DNA of 63,595 nucleotides, counting the filler, from Octopus bimaculoides (taxonomy: Eukaryota), in the NCBI RefSeq assembly GCF_001194135.2. It is 5 parts of 4 records of this genome, joined end to end, with 100 filler letters (N's around TTAATTAATTAA, not from the genome) between each part and the next. Parts side by side here need not be neighbours in the genome. Positions count along the whole stretch, not along the records: positions 60,662 to 63,595 come from NC_068983.1; 4 more parts are not named here. One strand, given 5' to 3'. This document shows positions 60,662-63,595 of this stretch, in pieces; position 1 is the first letter of the stretch, and the number at the start of each line of letters is the position of its first letter. A program made the translations under genes and the position numbers. The notes under the pieces are model-generated. The model ran no database searches, was not told where the DNA came from, and was given only the letters and a program-made list of their open reading frames with translations.

Positions 60662-61968
60662 ATATTTTATCATCAAAGAATGTATATATGCATTTTAATA
60701 CTCAGACTGTTTTTTAACATTTTTTATTATTCTCAAAGACTTTTGATAATCTTTTTCTAAAAAAGTGAAACTGGTTAAGTAAATAAATATTTTTTAAAAA
60801 TAAGTGCATTTTCAAACTTTCTTTCATATATATTTCCACTCGTACGGTATTCCACAACTTTACTTTATTATATATATATATATATATACATTTGTGTGTG
60901 TGCGTGAGTACATGCGTGTATGTACCTGAGTTTCGTGAGTACATGTATAAGCTATGCATATAGTGAACGACCGATGATTGAAGGTGTATGTGGGTTTCTA
61001 TGTACGTGTCGGTGTTACACCAACTAGAATGTGTGTACTAAATACAAACTGTAGAGTGGATATATTTATTGTAAATCTTCTGAGGAATAGATTTTCCTTT
61101 CCCAACCTAAATTTCGTAGTAAACAGGGCCACATTCAGATAGGGAGGTTCCATATTTCCTGAGCCTTTCCAGCTGTGCCAATTATATCTATTTCTATGCA
61201 CTCTTTCCGTAACAGATTTAATATTTTTAATGCAACGTCTGTATCGCTAAAATTCTTTATATTTTCATGCGAGTTTTAGACATTAGAAATATTTTACATT
61301 GGATTGCTGATATCTATATAACTCATCGTCACTTTACTTATAGTAATTTATATCAAACATTAAGTGTCTATTTGACTGTTAATCAATTGCATAATATTTT
61401 TGCATGTTTATTTTACAATGGAAATTGCCATTTATGCCATAGACCTTTAACCCTATTACTAACAGATCATCGTTACACCATATCCTCCACAGTGGGGTTG
61501 GAGATTAGTCCTCATCTGCTAACTCTTTACTGGAATTTAGTATAAACTTGAAATTTTACATGGTGGTAGGCCAATGCAAAGAAATTTAATTTTTGTATTG
61601 AATTGGCTACTGTGATATAAATACTGCTAACGTCGGCAATTCCAGGATACCTTCCAAAAATATCTGCAATTTATAGGATACTTTCCATAATACCTTCCGA
61701 TTATGAATATGCTGCTTTGTTCATGTGAGTCCTTAAATTAGCCTAGGAATGGTACATGACACTTGAAAATGCATTGTAACTTTATATACAATCTAGTATT
61801 ACACCAGTAAAAAGAAATCTTACTTACGGCAATAGGCATTATATATACATAGATGCAATTTCAGAAAGCAAAATTTCAGAGAATTACAATGTGGCAACAA
61901 ACCTATAAAATTTAAAGAACGCATGCATAATCATAGACAACATCCAAAAACTTGTCAAGTGTATTAAA

Positions 61969-62026
61969 GCTCAGTATCACAACTTTTGCTCAGTATCACA
62001 ACTTTTGCTCAGTATCACAACTTTTG
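61969..62026. repeat. 19-bp tandem repeat x3 (gctcagtatcacaactttt)
   Basis: Three exact adjacent units. Confidence 0.9.
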
Positions 62027-63595
62027 ACGTTTTGAATAAAATTTAAAACAGAAATACAGGAGTAGGGTCATATTTACTCCTACCTGTAGGAAATACGGTT
62101 GTCATTTTTCAGTGGTCATATTTTTATTCAATTCTACTACAAACCCGATCGACACAGTTCTGATTGAGATGTCACTCCTTGCCGAAATCCATAGCAACGT
62201 ATTCTGTCTTGACTTAGCATGTGTTTGCTGGTAAGTACATGCTACTAACAAAGCCTAATGAGGCAGAAATGCAGGTGAGATTTGAGGCCAGCCAAAGACA
62301 AACATGGTCATATATACATACATATATACATACATCCATACATACATACATACATTCATACATATATATATGTATATATACATATATATACATACATGTA
62401 TAGAAAAAAATTTATTCATATTTATATATATATATTTATTTATTTATATATATACGTATATATATATATTTATATATATATATGAATATATATATATAAA
62501 TACATGTATTTATGTATATATATATATATATACATANNNNNNNNNNNNNNNNNNNNNNNNNNNNNNNNNNNNNNNNNNNNNNNNNNNNNNNNNNNNNNNN
62601 NNNNNNNNNNNNNNNNNNNNNNNNNNNNNNNNNNNNNNNNNNNNNNNNNNNNNNNNNNNNNNNNNNNNNNNNNNNNNNNNNNNNNNNNNNNNNNNNNNNN
62701 NNNNNNNNNNNNNNNNNNNNNNNNNNNNNNNNNNNNNNNNNNNNNNNNNNNNNNNNNNNNNNNNNNNNNNNNNNNNNNNNNNNNNNNNNNNNNNNNNNNN
62801 NNNNNNNNNNNNNNNNNNNNNNNNNNNNNNNNNNNNNNNNNNNNNNNNNNNNNNNNNNNNNNNNNNNNNNNNNNNNNNNNNNNNNNNNNNNNNNNNNNNN
62901 NNNNNNNNNNNNNNNNNNNNNNNNNNNNNNNNNNNNNNNNNNNNNNNNNNNNNNNNNNNNNNNNNNNNNNNNNNNNNNNNNNNNNNNNNNNNNNNNNNNN
63001 NNNNNNNNNNNNNNNNNNNNNNNNNNNNNNNNNNNNNNNNNNNNNNNNNNNNNNNNNNNNNNNNNNNNNNNNNNNNNNNNNNNNNNNNNNNNNNNNNNNN
63101 NNNNNNNNNNNNNTATATATATATATATATATATATATATTACATAAATACATGTGTGTGTATTATGGCTGGGCCATAAAAAAATTTACTCCAACAAAGG
63201 AAGCCCAGGTTTATGTTTATGACTTATAATTATTCAATCTTTTCTTTCTGACGAAATGCTACATTATGAGAACGGATACAAACGAAAACAACTGCAAACA
63301 CAGAGATGCACACAGCAACAGACACACACACGCACACACATACACACACATACACACTCATATGTGCATACGCGCCGAGATACAACACAGTTTCCGTCTA
63401 CGAACTTCACACACAAAACATTAGTCTACCTTTGGTTACAGCAGATTAGACACATTTCCTAGCCAATGGCTTTGAATTAGAAACCATGAATTAATGAAGT
63501 GAACTTTTTAACGCCACATGACCATGCCTACGTTTCGTTTTCTCTCACTCCGCCCTTCTCTCTCTGTTTTTCTCTCTGTCTATCTATCTATGTAG

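Noticed and set aside
60920-60960. Minus-strand ...HETQ|gtac as the missing Mnx homeobox exon
   Set aside because: Upstream codons read CIAYTCTH, not a homeodomain helix 2; chance match.
112-63462. Most ORFs in the supplied track (poly-Y, poly-I, HT/YI/CV repeats, X runs)
   Set aside because: They are translations of microsatellites, N gaps or SINEs, without splice or homology support.

Overview
AT-rich, gappy, repeat-saturated animal genomic DNA. The SINE, Penelope-like, Dong/R4 and mariner content and the microsatellite load suggest an octopod cephalopod assembly (inference). Four identical 100-bp blocks (N44-TTAATTAATTAA-N44, a six-frame-stop linker) at 3820, 34183, 55885 and 60562 cut the window into five artificially joined pieces, so adjacency across them is not proven. 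Host coding sequence: (1) nine phase-compatible + strand exons (13313-33337, 308 codons) of a choline-transporter-like SLC44A1/CTL1 gene that the ORF track largely misses, with its 3' half absent; (2) the first coding exon of an ODF3/CIMAP1-like PGP-repeat gene (54698-55100, +); (3) the last exon of an Mnx/HB9 homeobox gene (59353-59772, -); (4) a tentative chain of small - strand exons (35615-44638) ending in an eh1-like FMIKSIL-stop. The rest is tRNA-derived SINEs, Penelope-like, Dong/R4 and RTE retroelement relics, Tc1/mariner, pogo, hAT and piggyBac-type MITEs, and simple repeats. The most notable non-obvious signals are at least three families of minimal hammerhead-ribozyme motifs in Penelope-type terminal repeats (one with a non-canonical core), fold-back palindromes built from them, TGA/TGG at cysteine positions of a Penelope-type endonuclease (possible selenocysteine relic), a candidate 9-nt poison microexon in the SLC44 gene, and a complex LINE/mariner junction duplicated 12 kb away. 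No prokaryote-type system, CRISPR array, rRNA or true tRNA is supported. Repeat boundaries and identities are by-eye estimates.
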